Counted from the stretch's first letter, positions 14,116-28,095 are shown. The stretch: 64,000 bases of DNA from Octopus vulgaris (GCA_951406725.2 OX597832.1:37076001-37140000); one strand, 5' to 3'. Numbers and translations: made by a program. The notes: generated from the letters alone by a model not told the origin.

Positions 14116-14879
14116 ATTAAACTCTCCAACACAAGTCAGCATGAAAAAAACGAACATTAAATGATGATGATGATGATGGTGATATTAACATAACCCCACT
14201 GTACTGTAACAGTAAACAGACCAATTAGACCCATAGACCCATCCAGTGTGGAGTCACAGTTTTTAAAGATGGCAGGATGTGAATTGATGGCTATTTGGCT
14301 GCTATGTCTAGCAGGTCGTGTAACAGATAAAATCTAACCTTATTTTTCTGTACTGGCCCCGTGTAGAATAAGTCATCATATGCTCTGTACTGTAGTAATG
14401 CAGTACCAATCACTGTGGTGGGGCAGTAAATACAGTGCTGTAGTCAGCTGTACATATAGATCAGCTGTCATAGTACAATAGTCAACAGAACAATAGTCAA
14501 TAGAACAGTAGTAATAGTACTGTAGCGAATAGAAAATTAAATTTGGATGAACAAAACTGAGTTCAATGGTTTGACAACTTCATGAGTATAGAAGTTGCCA
14601 AGTCCTACAAAGGAAACCCACTCATTGGATATCAAATGTGTTTCATGGAATTTTGGTATATCATTGTCATCACAGTTTCTGTCACAGTCTACTTTCATTC
14701 TTTAAAGGTAATTCACTGTCACTATCTTATGACAGTAAGCTGTATGTCAACCCACTGTTTATATAGTGTGATGGTGTATGTTGTGGTGATATACAGCATT
14801 GTGTAAGCACCATATAAAGGCATAAAATATGTAATGTATTAAAGCAGGTAATATTTAAAGTAACTTTCAGGTGTTGAAC

Positions 14880-15078
14880 TGGCAGAATCATCAACACACT
14901 GGGTGCAATACTAAGCGGAATGTCATCTGTCTTCATATTCTGAGGCCAAATTCCACCAAGGTCAGCTTTGTCCTTTGTCCTTTACGGGTTGATAAAATAA
15001 AACACCTGTTGAGTACTGGGGTTGATGTAATCAACTTAGCCCCTCCCTGAAATTGCTGGCATTGTGCCAAAACCTGAA
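14880..15078 (+). mobile_element. Degenerate tRNA-derived SINE (family of 10890)
   Basis: ctggcagaatc...caaattccaccaaggtcagctttg...actggggttgatgtaatc...gtgccaaaacctgaaa. Confidence 0.7.
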
Positions 15079-15828
15079 ATAAATATTTAAAGCAACTTCA
15101 CATATAGGTCCCAAGGGCAATTTTTTTAAAAACACATTTTGGGAAGAAAAATAAGTGTGTCTTATATGCTTTCAGATACAATAAATGTATCCTTCAACCA
15201 CTTATAAAGATGGGTATTCTAGTGTTTGATCAACTGATTCATCTATTCATAGTATTTCAGTACAAAGTGACTGAATATTTCACAGGCCCCTGCACCCTTG
15301 ACACAGTATGTGGTACAGCTGAACCTTTGAATTACAGTTAGGGACCATTGAACAGACTTCAACAGTTTCTGACCTCCACCCCATCACCATCCATTTCACA
15401 CCTGAGGCTGTTACCTATTAACATTTGGTTGGGCTTCACAAAAATAAAACAGCAAGTTGAAGAACTCTGATTAAGTTTATCTATGTTATTAATTAGCCTA
15501 AATAATCTCTACTCACTCTATATTATTTCTAATTGATTGAGCTAAATATGCATCAAAGAATGGTTTACGTAAAACTGAAACATTTCTTTTGCTGTTAGCT
15601 TCAAAGACAAGTTCCAGACTTATCTACAGAGTTGAGTCATTTTTCCAAAATTCAATTATATTATCATAAGGGACTAAAGCCATCTGAATATGGCTAGGGA
15701 CAGGGCAGGGTGGTGGGGGTGTTACTGTTGCATTTAGCCCCAGGCGAACATCGACGTCACCAGAAAGGCTCGACACCGTCACGGTGCCCTAAACCTGCAA
15801 AGGGAGGTAATTCCCCGATGAAGCGGAA

Positions 15829-15880
15829 ACCACACACGGACCATGGTTTCAAGGTGTATTGCCTATCATCGGCGTGTGGT
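15829..15880 (-). ncRNA. Type I hammerhead ribozyme, copy 1
   Basis: Reverse complement accacacg-CCGATGA-t-agg(caataca)cct-t-GAAA-ccatg-GTC-cgtgtgtggt; palindromic stem III ACCATGGT; GUC site between 15839 and 15838. Confidence 0.85.
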
Positions 15881-16188
15881 AGGCCTCCGCTTCCTCGACG
15901 AATTCTCACTCTGCAGGATTTTCTTATATAGATTTTCAAGCAAAATACATTTGCTGATTTCGAAAATCTGTTCGAAAGCAATAATAATTCTCTAAAAGGG
16001 ATATAGACAGTAACTGCTCGATAACATAAGGGACTAAAGCCATCTGAATATGGCTAGGGACAGGGCAGGGTGGTGGGGGTGTTACTGTTGCATTTAGCCC
16101 CAGGCGAACATCGACGTCACCAGAAAGGCTCGACACCGTCACGGTGCCCTAAACCTGCAAAGGGAGGTAATTCCCCGATGAAGCGGAA

Positions 16189-16240
16189 ACCACACACGGA
16201 CCATGGTTTCAAGGTGTATTGCCTATCATCGGCGTGTGGT
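16189..16240 (-). ncRNA. Type I hammerhead ribozyme, copy 2
   Basis: Identical to copy 1, exactly 360 nt away. Confidence 0.85.
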
Positions 16241-16779
16241 AGGCCTCCGCTTCCTCGACGAATTCTCACTCTGCAGGATTTTCTTATATATAGATTTTCA
16301 AGCAAAATACATTTGCTGATTTCGAAAATCTGTTCGAAAGCAATAATAATTCTCTAAAGGGATATAGACAGTAACTGCTCGATAACATAAGGGACTAAAG
16401 CCATCTGAATATGGCTAGGGACAGGGCAGGGTGTTCCACCACCCTGCCCTGTCCCTAGCCATATTCAGATGGCTTTAGTCCCTTATGTTATCGAGCAGTT
16501 ACTGTCTATATCCCTTTTAGAGAATTATTATTGCGAATTATATTATCATATTATTGGAATTATCTTCCTTGACATTTTATTGGAATATAACATGTATGTA
16601 TATGATATATATATATATAAAATACAAAACCGCATTGAAAATATAAATTCAAAACTGGGAGAAAAAGAAAAGAGGAACAAGGAAAGAAAAGAAAACAAAG
16701 AAAAAAAAAGAAAAAAAGAAAATAGAAAAAACGTCAATTGAACACCAGGTACCGCAATTAGTCACAAACCACAAATTTC

Positions 16780-16915
16780 AATGGAACCTACTGAAGCAGA
16801 CCAACATGCTTATGGCATTACCCCAGATGATGGCAAGGCTAAGGTGTTAGAACAGCCAAGCACCCTAATGGGCATCTCCTGACGCCTCTGTAACATGAGT
16901 CGCAACTCTCTGAGT
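16780..16915 (-). mobile_element. CRE-clade non-LTR retrotransposon C-terminal remnant
   Basis: Minus frame QRVATHVTEASGDAH*GAWLF*HLSLAIIWGNAISML resembles the CRE terminal motif FL.QRLS.AIQRGNA. Confidence 0.55.
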
Positions 16916-16921
16916 TAATAA

Positions 16922-17500
16922 TAAATGCCCTGATGCAGTACCAAGAAGTGGCTCTTATGGCTTCTGATCTTAACTGATTGGAAGTGTCATCATGTACATT
17001 GTTTTGTCTTGGTATAAGAGATGGGCCACAGCAAATATTCTGCTCAAAACCACAGATTTGCTTGTCAGTTGTTTGACCTTAACCAGTTGAGCATGTCCCT
17101 TAGTGGCTGACGATATGTGCATCTCTGATCATGAGCAGAAGTAGTGGGGGAGCATCATAGCCATGTGTTGAGAGGGATTCTTTGGGGTTTGGATAATTCA
17201 CCCTTGGAAACATGGGTGTTTCATTCATCATCCTTAAACAAACGTTATTCAGGGACCTTTTGAGCGGGATGGGCTACTCGACCTGAAGAAAATTCTAACT
17301 AAGCCCCACCTGCAAGTTTATGCGCTGTTTATCTTGATATGAGATCACCATGTCGTGCACATATGGTTGTGATGCATGTGCCTGGTTTACCCTTATCAGA
17401 CGGGTAGTCCTGATGGGTATATTGGGCTTCGTATATTTTACCCCAGTGTCACTTTGATGGCATGCACTGCTCTTTCACTCAATAATAATAGTAATAATAA
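16922..17500. mobile_element. Interspersed repeat bounded by (AAT)n, family unassigned
   Basis: Higher-GC, complex block between taataataa tracts, no ORF. Confidence 0.4.
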
Positions 17501-17784
17501 TAAACACAGTATGTGTGTTTATTATTATTGGTATAATGACTCGCCCATGATAATTAAAAAAAAACCCATTATTTCTCCACAAATGAATGAGTAAATATAA
17601 GTAGATATAAGGAACATTGTTTAATTTTAATCAATTTACATATTCTAAACGTTTAGCCACACGTCTATTTGCATAGCTGTATTGTGACTTCACTGCAATA
17701 TGGAACACAAGTGCAGTAAATTCATTTATCTATAACGAAAAGATACAACATTGAATTATTTACATGATAGCACTAGCACACACG

Positions 17785-17818
<34 letters not shown>

Positions 17819-17958
17819 CACACACACATACACACAGCTGCCCTTTTCTCCCTCTCCCCTGCCATTTCTCCTCCATTTCTAACCACCTCACTTCCTATAT
17901 CCACTCTTTTCTATACCTTTTTTTCATCTCTTTGCCTCCCTCTCATTCCCCCTCTCTC

Positions 17959-17991
<33 letters not shown>

Positions 17992-18158
17992 ATCTCATTA
18001 CTTCTCTTATTACCTTTATCTCTTACCGTTTCTCTTTCTTTCACCTATCACACTTTATCTCTGCCTTTCTGTATATTTCTCCAGCCCCAGCTTTCTCTCT
18101 TTCCCTCTCTCAGTCATTTCAACTCTTTCTCTTTCTCTTTCTCTTTCTCTTTACTTAC

Positions 18159-18235
18159 CTGCTTTTCTCAGAGAGAGAAAGAGAGGGAGAGAGAGGGAGA
18201 GAGAGTGCCAGAAAAAGCGAAGCAGAAGATATAAT
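18159..18235 (-). other. Possible 5' non-coding exon of a minus-strand transcript
   Basis: Perfect donor CAG|GTAAGTA (plus strand tacttacctg) after a (CT)n-rich segment; no partner exon identified. Confidence 0.25.
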
Positions 18236-18996
18236 CACGTATACAACACATACACATAAATATACGCACATATACAAGTACATACACACATATGCATACA
18301 CATACGTGAATAAATACTTACATACACACACACATACACACCTGCACACACACATACACACATATTCGTTGCTAAATTTTCTCAATTAAACATGTTTCCA
18401 CTCTTAAATGTAGGTCTGTGTGGGCGCACCTGTTGATATGTGTATGTCTGAGAGCAGGTCGGTGTCAGTGTGTATGTGTGTGCAAGGTGTGTGTATTAAT
18501 ATGTATTTTTATTAGTGTGTGTGTGTGTGTGTTACTGTGAAAATGGGCAAGAATTTGTATGAATGTCAGTATTGTGTGTGGTGGTGGTGGTGGTGGTGGG
18601 GGAAAAACGAGAGAGAGTCAAAGCAAGATGTGAGGAGAGGAAGAATGTTCGTTCGTATATATATATGTGTGGGTTTATATTCAATCAATAACCAAAGATA
18701 TGCGTGTATAATAACTGGCAAACAATTGATCAAACCGTTCTTTGTTCATTTGTTTCCGAAAAAGGAGAAGGAAAAAAAAATATGCATACAGATATTTACA
18801 CACACACACACACATATGAATGTATGTATAGACATACATACATATATATATGTGTGTATTTATATGCATACATACATATGTATGTATGTACATGCATACA
18901 TACATACATACATACGTACGTAAATACATACGTACGTACACACATACACACATACATACATACACACATACATACATACATACATACATACATACA

Positions 18997-19027
<31 letters not shown>

Positions 19028-19419
19028 GTACATACATACATACATACATACATATATACATACGTACATTCACGCATGCACACATGTACAACATATATGG
19101 GAAAAGAGACCAAATTGGTAACCGGGGCAAAACGAGTAATTTCTGGTTTCTCATTCTTTTCTTCCTCCCTGTTTGAAACCATTACTTTGCAAATATCGCA
19201 TCTTCATTTTATACTGTTGCATCATCTTTAAAAGAGTTTGAAAGATAGTCGGGTGTCAGGTACTTTTCTTTTTAAGAAATTTTTCCTCAATTTTGACCTG
19301 CTTGTAACTGAGGTTGCTAATAAAATATCTGGATAATTTTTGGTGTTTAGCACTCAATATTCTTTTCTCTGTTGGATTCCAACTCAATTTTGTTCCTCAC
19401 ACTAATGTTTAATTTGGTC

Positions 19420-19990
19420 ATCATAAACATCCGTTTTCCATGCTGGCATGGGTTGGATGGTTTGAGAGCAACTGACCAGCTGAAGAGCTGTCCGGGCTCC
19501 ATGTCTGTTTTGGTAAGGTTTCTATGGCAGGACGCCCTTCCTGATGCCAACCACTTTACAGAGTGTACTGGGTGATTTTATGCAGCACTGGCATGGGTGC
19601 GTTTATGTGGTGCCAGTATGGGTACCTTATACGTGACACCAGCACCCATTAACCTGCAAGATTAGCAACACTCAGCTGGAAAGTGATGCAGGAGACACGC
19701 CTATATATAAGGACAACTACAATTTTACTTCATTTGATGTGTCTTCTCAGGCACAGCAAACCACCAGGAATCTCTGTCTCCTGTCATCCCCTCTGTGAGG
19801 CCCAGCGTCTGAAGATCCTTTCTCATCAGTTCATCCTAATATCTTCCTGGGTCTACTCCTTCCACAATTAGACATTGGCATCTCTTGACGCAACACTCTT
19901 CATCTATACACATTATGTAACCATACCAGCTCAGTCTTCTCTCTCTTTCACACTACAATTGATGCTTTGTAGTCCCAGTTCTTCTCCCAA
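19420..19990 (-). mobile_element. RTE LINE 3' fragment
   Basis: catccgttttccatgctggcatgggttgga tail; tcttcctgggtctac (GRPRKI) C-terminal motif. Confidence 0.7.
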
Positions 19991-20696
19991 CTCACACATT
20001 ATTCATCCAGTGAAGCATATTGACTTCATTTGTTTCAAGCCTGTGCATATCCTCAGAAGTCAAAACCCATTTCTCACTGCCATGTACCATAGCTGTTTGT
20101 GCATATGCAAGATGTTCAATTTAAAATTTCCAACACAAGTTGTTTAAACTGCAACAAAATGAATAAGGACTAATTTCAATAATTTCTTTGCTTTAACTGC
20201 ATGGTGCATAAATATATTGAGGAAAAAGCCATTTCATCAGATTATGAAGAATCTATAGAGACTATTTTTTTTTATGTAGAGTTTTTAGATTTAGTTGAGT
20301 TTCATTAATTTCATAGCATGTGCCATTTTTCTATGACCGTCCTTCAATTTTTACCTATTTCTGTAGCGTTTCTGATCTTTCTGATGTCAAAGGATGGATC
20401 TTGAAGTGTATGCGTCTTTTCTCAAATGTAATTCTGGAGAAATGAAGAGACAAATTTAACTCATCTTATCTTGCTCATTTTACCCCATCTAAATTTGTCT
20501 TTTATATGCTCAAAGACAATGGAGATAATTTTCTGAAATAGTGTTCAGATTTTGTTATTGTGTTTGTAATGCATTTAAGGGAAGGTCATTTGCTTCACTG
20601 ATATAGTTTCTGTAAGGTAGTGAACATTTATGAAAAATATTTTTTTTCCCAAAGTAATTAATGCAGTAAATCTTACTCATTGTGTCCCTCCTCCCC

Positions 20697-20886
<190 letters not shown>

Positions 20887-21254
20887 TGTCTGTTTCAACA
20901 CACGACTTCACATAAAAAATCTTGCACAACAAATATATAAACGTAATATATATATATATATATACACACACATACATATATACACACACACACACACATA
21001 TATATATATATGATGGATTCTCTTGTCATGAACGACAAATGAGGGTTCAGCAAAATAAAGCGGTAATCATGTTCAATGGCCATTTATGTGTCCCCCAAGG
21101 CTCGCCAGTGCCCTGCAAATCTCTTGGCAAATGGAGCAAGTTGAGGACTCTCTTTGCTCGAGGGCTTATGGACGGCAAGGCCTGCTTTTGTCTAGGCTAC
21201 AAAATCACAATGACAATCAAGATCTTTATTCAGAGGAGTGACATCTTTCTTTTA

Positions 21255-21482
21255 CCTTTTATATTTTGCTTGTTTCAGTCATGAAATTGCAGCCATGCTG
21301 GGGCACCACCTTGAAGAATTTTAGTTGCACTTATTGAGCGCAGTACATATTTTTTTGTAAAACCTGGTAGTTATTGTGTCGGTCTCTTTTATCGAACTGC
21401 TAAGTCATGCGGACATATGCACACAAACACCAGTTGTCAAATGGTGGTTGGGTGGATAAACACAGACACAAAGACACTCACG

Positions 21483-21525
<43 letters not shown>

Positions 21526-21675
21526 ATGAAGGGCTTCTTTCTGTTTCTGTCTACCAGATCCATGCACTAGGCTTTAGTCAACTCAAGGCTATAGTAGAAG
21601 ACACTTGCCCAAAGTGCCATACAGTGGGACTGAACCTGGAACCGGGTGGCTGAGAATCAAACTTCTTACCACATG
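21255..21675 (-). mobile_element. Near full-length tRNA-derived SINE (25016 family)
   Basis: Head, (CA)n middle and tail all present in reverse orientation. Confidence 0.82.
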
Positions 21676-21725
21676 CACACATGCATGCACACACACACAC
21701 ATTTATATATATGTATGTATATATG

Positions 21726-21783
<58 letters not shown>

Positions 21784-21784
21784 T

Positions 21785-21829
<45 letters not shown>

Positions 21830-21909
21830 CACACACACACACATATATATATGTACACATATATATGTATATCATCATCATCATCAAACGATGATGATGA
21901 TGATGATGA

Positions 21910-21943
<34 letters not shown>

Positions 21944-22241
21944 TCGTCATCATCTTCATTGTGTATATGTATATATACACACACAAATAGTGAATCATAA
22001 ACTGACGAATGAATGATTGTGGAGAAATAAGTTCAATAGTAAAGATTTCGAACAAGATATCTTGAAATGGTGCCAAACATTATAATGGCCGACCCAGATA
22101 TTCTTGTTGATGCCAGCGATTCCATGTTGATATCAATAAATCAAGTGTTTTTAGTGTAGTGTGATATCGTTTGCTGTGTGTTTTGCTCTGTTTTGAAAAG
22201 ATGAAACCTGATAAAGCATGGCAGATTGCCCAGCAATTAAG

Positions 22242-22298
<57 letters not shown>

Positions 22299-22330
22299 TA
22301 TTTATGTGTGTGTGTGTGTTTATATATATG

Positions 22331-22363
<33 letters not shown>

Positions 22364-22452
22364 ATATATATTTATACATATCTTGTGGTTGACCTTTATC
22401 TTAATTTATTTTATAATAAACACTTTCAATTGTTACCCAGCTCATCTTCCTT

Positions 22453-22488
<36 letters not shown>

Positions 22489-22495
22489 CATACAT

Positions 22496-22551
<56 letters not shown>

Positions 22552-22717
22552 ATATATATAAAATCCAGATATATGTATAATGTAGATATATCCATAATAT
22601 CATCTGCTTTTCTTGATGATAAAGTGTACATAGAACATACTGTAGTCTGGTTTATTGCTTCTAATATTCCTGCACTTATACGCATCCCTCACCCTCTCCC
22701 TCCTGCTTTCTAACTGA

Positions 22718-23092
22718 TAAAAAGCACCATCCGAACGTGGCTGATGCCAGCGCCGCTCCGACTGGCTTCTGTGCCGGTGGCACATAAAAAGCACCATCCG
22801 AATGTGGCCGTTGCCAGCGCCACCGTGGCTGGCTTCCATGCTGGTGGCACGTTAAAAGCTCTAACCGATCGTGGCTGATGCCGCCCCCCCCCCCTGGCAC
22901 CTGTGCAGGTGGCACGTAAAAAGCACCCACTACACTCGCGGAGTGGTTGGCGTTAGGAAGGGCATCCAGCTTAGAAACTCTGCCAGATCAAACTGGAGCC
23001 TGGTGCAGCCCCTGGCTTCCCAGACCCTGGTCGAACCGTCCAACCCGTGCTAGCGCGGAAAACGGACGTTAAACGATGATGATGATGATGAT
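22718..23092 (+). mobile_element. RTE-associated 3' UTR/SINE with (GAT)n tail
   Basis: Repeated aaaagcaccatccgaa..tggc units; same family as 12100. Confidence 0.82.
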
Positions 23093-23312
23093 GTCTATCT
23101 TTTATCTTTTGCTTGTTTCAGTCATTAGACTGCAGTCACGCTGGGTCACTGCCTTGAAGGGTTTAGTCAAACAAGTGGACCCCAGTACTTATTTTTTTGC
23201 AGTCTGGTTCTTATTCCATTGGGCTTGTTTGCTAAACTGCTAAGTCATGGGGACATAAACAAACCAACACTGATCGTCAAGTAGTGGTGGGAGACAAAAA
23301 AAACCACACACA

Positions 23313-23705
23313 TACAAGGTGCATTCCAGAAGTATTGAGACTTTTTCGTGGGAGACATTTATTAATTTCAAAGAAGTACAAAGCTCTGATCTCCTTTAAA
23401 GTACAATCCTCTGACTTTAACGTACTCGTTGCAGCCCTCCAGCTACTTTGTAAAGGCCCTATGGATATCCCCTAAAGTAAAAATATCCAGGACCTTTGTC
23501 TCACAGCCTCCTTTGCCTTCTTCATCTTGGGTAACAACCAAAGGTCACAGGGTACAATGTCTGGACTCTAGGGAGGGTGTGGGAGTTTTGATGCCCATCT
23601 CTGTCAAGTTGTTTGTTACCAAGGTGGATTGGTGCATTGTCCTGGTGCAGGGGCTCTGGTTTTTTGTGCTGAAATCTCTTCCTGAACTCCCTCAAAACTT
23701 CTCTC
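23313..23705 (-). mobile_element. Internally deleted mariner remnant
   Basis: TA plus caaggtgcattccagaagt TIR-like start; LHQDNAPIH motif in the minus ORF. Confidence 0.6.
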
Positions 23706-23734
23706 CCTGTTGCTACACACAGACACACACACAT

Positions 23735-23771
<37 letters not shown>

Positions 23772-24416
23772 CACACACACACACACAGCTAAGCCATTGT
23801 TGGACTGCTTAGCTGGCCAGCCAACTATGCCTTAGTTGGCTGAAACTTCGAATTTACTATCAACAACATTCTTGTTTAACGCTAACATGGGCAAGTGTTA
23901 ATCATGAGGTTTTGTGTTCGAACCTGCTCTGTGGCATTTTGGGCAACTATCTTTTACCAAAATATTAGGCAGATCCAAGTCTTACAAATGAAACTAAGCA
24001 GTTGGAAACTGTACAGAAGCCTGTTGGACAGAGTCTGCTTGTGATTCAGAAGTCCATCCTTGTCATGCTGAATCAGCTTGAGAATTCCTTTAAGGGTTAC
24101 ATGTTTCTGTGGAATAGTCAGAGCTTATTGTTGCAGATAAAAGTTCCTCGCCATTCAGCTATGCCTGTAACAACACAAATATGTCTAGAGTCCATCAGTT
24201 GTACTTGTTTGGCAAGTGGCTTGTTCGAAGGTTGTTTGTTGGGCTGAAAGCCATTGTTGTAATGGAAATGAAATATTTTCCAAGTATGACATATCATTGC
24301 AATTATGAAATATTCAAATACCTCTTTCATACACTAATTATATATATATATATTTTGCTGTAGTTTCAGCTCATAGCTGTGGCCATGCTGATGCACCGCC
24401 ATTTGTGTGTGTGTGC

Positions 24417-24451
<35 letters not shown>

Positions 24452-24553
24452 ATGTAAATGTGCATTCAAGCATTCATTCATACATATATATATGCATGTG
24501 TATGTGTGCATGTAAAAGACAGTTATGCATCTATTTTGGTAAAAGACAGTTAT

Positions 24554-24588
<35 letters not shown>

Positions 24589-25015
24589 CACATGCATGCT
24601 CATGCACTATTATACACACTTAGTTCCCTGCATATATTTAATTTATCATGCTATTTCCATTGTTGACTGGAGGAGAGCTTGATCAATCAAATATAAACCA
24701 TGCATAACATTACACTTAGTTGGCAGTCAAGAGGAGGGTCACTAAATCAATAAATAGTTATAATAGTTTGTGAGGAGGACTCTATCAAAAATTTAATTAA
24801 AAAAAGATAATTATACACATGTAATTCCGTTCCTAATCATTTGTGATGTAACTTGTATCAGTGACTTTGATAACCTTGTCCATCACTTTGATGCTGCTTT
24901 ATTCTCTCCTTTTTTTGTGAATCTCTTTCATCCCTTGTAGCAGCTTATAATGATACTACTATACCAGTCATTGTGTATGATACCATTCTGATGTACTGTG
25001 TGTAACTAATACATA

Positions 25016-25425
25016 GGTGCAGGAGTGGCTGTGTGGTAAGTAGCTTGCTAACCAACCACATGGTTCCGGGTTCAATCCCACTGCGTGGCATCTTAGGCAA
25101 GTGTCTTCTGCTATAGCCCCGGGCTGACCAATGCCTTGTGAGTGGATTTGGTAGACGGAAACTGAAAGAAGCCTGTCGTATATATGTATATATATATATA
25201 TATATATGTGTGTATGTGTGTTTGCGTGTGTGTCCCCTAGCATTGCTTGATAACCAATGCTGGTGTGTTTACGTCCCTGTAACTTAGTGGTTCGACAAAA
25301 GAGACCGATAGAATAAGTACTGGGCTTACAAAGAATAAGTCCTGGGGTCGATTTGCTCGACTAAAGGCGGTGCTCCAGCATGGTCGCAGTCAAATGACTG
25401 AAACAAGTAAAAGAGTAAAGAGAGT
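25016..25425 (+). mobile_element. Full-length tRNA-derived SINE
   Basis: A box tggctgtgtggtaag, B box gggttcaatccc, central (TA)/(TG), tail ggtgctccagcatgg...gaaacaagtaaaagag; many copies in this window. Confidence 0.9.
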
Positions 25426-26689
25426 AACCTACCTTGCTAGATATTTCCAGCACCTTAGCAACTATACCTTCATGTCCTTAATCACTCTGTACGGAAAAGA
25501 ACTTTGGAGTCTGTTGTGATTTCTGATAAACAAAATTTTATTCTTTTTGTACACAAAAACAAATGTTGTCGTTACTACGAATGAACGATGAAATGTCAAG
25601 AGAATTTTGAACATTGTTGTTCTTGGTGTAGTCGTAGGAGCAGATAAAGTGTGGTTAGTTGCTCTGCCATACTGCTGACTTCTAATGTCTTTTGTCCTCT
25701 GACCACTGTCCAACATGTAGTCACTTAAGCTGCGACAGGGTTCTTGGAATAAAAGATGAGATGTTCATGGATGGAATGGCCTTGATTATAGTCTTGCTGG
25801 ATCAGAGCTTATTTGGCAACTAAGCAACAACAGCACAACTTCAAACTATCATCTCTTTTATTTGCTACAATAGCAACAACCATCACCACATCTACATCCA
25901 CAACCACAAAAATCCGCCCCCCCTCGCAGGGTTCACCCCCCCCCCCATCGCCTGAGCCTTGTGGAACTTAGGTAATTTTGCTCAATAAACACTCACAATG
26001 CCTGGACTGGGAATTGAAACTTTGTTCTTACGACTGCGAGTCCGCTGCCCTAACCACTGGACTATTGCGCTTCCACTACTGCTGTTGTTTCTGTTGTTGT
26101 TGTTTTTAAGCAAGAAGACGGGTAAGGGTCATTAGGTGATGGTCTAGGGCTTAGGAGCGGGAGACCCCAGACCTTGGGAAAAAAACTTTGGTCGTCTTGT
26201 TGTAGTCGAGGGCTCTTCGTTGACGCCCGACACCACTGGGAGGTGGCCCTCGAAGTCGCTGGAAATGGAGATCTCTAGGTCCAAATTCTTGAACGGCTGT
26301 TGCTGTTGTTGTTGCTGGTGTTTTTGTTGTTGTCAATACTGATGTTGTTATCATCTCATCTAAGAACAAGTAATGTTTTTGTTTCTAGTTGGTCGATTTC
26401 ATCATAGATATTAAAACTGTTATCTTCATCACTGCCACCATTACCATCAGCACCATCACCACTATCGTCCAGACTGCTTTTATTACGGCCATTAGCATCA
26501 TCATCATCACCACCATTATATTCACAGCCTTCATCACCATCACCATCATCACTACCATTCTGACCATCAGCCTTATTGCTATTACCATCACTACTAGCAT
26601 CATCACTATCATCATCATCATCCTTACCATCAACACAAAATCGTTATCATCATCATCATCATCATCAATACTACCATCATATGCCATTT

Positions 26690-26973
26690 GATCCAATCAA
26701 CAGAACAACCTGCTCGTGAAATTAATGTGCAAGTGGCTGAGCGCTCCACAGACACATGTACCCTTAACGTAGTTCTCAGGGATATTCAGCATGACACAGA
26801 GTGTGACAGGGCTGGCCCTTTGAATTACAAGTACAACTCGTTTATGCCAGCTGAGTGGACTGGAGCAATGTGAAGTAAAGTGTCTTGCTCAGGGACACAA
26901 GGTGCTATCAGGTATCAAACTCACGACCTTACGATCACAGGCTGAGTACCCCTGACCACTAAGCCACATGCCT
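26690..26973 (-). mobile_element. Second tRNA-derived SINE family
   Basis: Reverse head ggcatgtggcttagtggtcaggg...gtgagtttgatacc; homologous to 52733-53050, 48460-48592 and ~25975-26072. Confidence 0.82.
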
Positions 26974-27224
26974 TCCCTCTTTGTCATCACAAGAATCAAG
27001 TTAATGATTGAGCTTCTATATGGTGAGTCAACCTTCTAGAAATAACCACCAGTCTCCCTCAAGTCACATTCTGTTATTTCCAAATATGAATAAGTCGAAG
27101 GCACATTCGGTAATGTGGTCCTAGACTTAACCCTTAAAGAGGTAGTGGTAGTCACGACTGGAGTGCCTTTCATAACAAGTCTGCTGGATCAGAGTTCATT
27201 TTTGCAGTAAAACAACAACAGCTT

Positions 27225-27680
27225 AATTATGATGCTGTCGTTGTCATCATCATTATTGTCATTGTTATTTTCACACCCTTTGCATTTGTCGTCATCATCA
27301 TCTTCATCATCATCGCTAGCACTGCTGATGCCGCCACCACCACCACCTCTGCCACTACCATCATTGTCATCATCATCATCATTGTCATCATCATCACTAC
27401 CACCATCACCACAACCAGCATCACTACCACCATCATCACCACCACCATCATCACCACCATCACCATCATCCTCATCCCCCTTCGCCATCATTGTCGTCAT
27501 CCTCCTCCATCCTCTTCATTATCATCACAACCATCACAATCACCACCATCACCACCATCAACGCCACCGCTACCACCCCACCATTACCATCACTATCACC
27601 GCCACCACCACCACCACCACCACCACCACCACAATCGTTATCATTGTCATCATAATTGTCAACGTCATGGTGATAACGAT
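27225..27680. repeat. (CAT)n/(CAC)n low-complexity tract
   Basis: Directly visible; a similar tract lies at 26400-26680. Confidence 0.9.
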
Positions 27681-28063
27681 GATCACAAATCTTATTAAAG
27701 ATTATTACCTTAACCTACATTTCTGTCCTTGCACCTCACCTCATCATCACCTGTTTCATCCTTTTGTGCACTGTGTGATTTTCAAAGACTTCGCCGTATT
27801 GAGTTTATTGTTAACAAGTACCAGCATGCAACGTTTGACAGTAAACTAAAGAATTGATTGTTTCAATACTGCACATAAGCAAGGTAATGATGGCAGAAGA
27901 GATGAATTAGATATGACAAACAAACATACAAGTTGTCAACATCTTAAGCATCCTACTTGCTCATCCAGCATGTAAACATGGGTTATATAGATCTGCAATT
28001 ATTTAATTTCTCCTTGTGTCTCTCACTTGTACAGCTTTTATATTGTAATGTTCTCTGTTTCTC

Positions 28064-28095
<32 letters not shown>

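Larger units (their letters stand above)
15669..16535 (-). mobile_element. Retrozyme-like / non-autonomous Penelope-type insertion: ~2.1 tandem 360-bp units plus ~99-bp inverted end
   Basis: The two units differ by only two small indels; inverted copy at 16436-16534; 15-bp direct repeat aattatattatcata at 15654-15668 and 16536-16550. Confidence 0.88.

Noticed and set aside
15710-16357. ORFs within the 360-bp tandem unit
   Set aside because: Short, GTG-initiated, with ends that differ through indels between the copies; RNA structure explains the sequence better
21010-21245. VPQGS motif suggesting an RT fragment
   Set aside because: Flanking residues do not match RT motifs and no YADD follows
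25432-25522. Minus-strand segment with AG and GTAGGT splice-like ends
   Set aside because: Stops in all three frames
27189-27849. Ser/Pro/His/Asp-rich ORFs
   Set aside because: Trinucleotide-repeat tract open on both strands, without splice support
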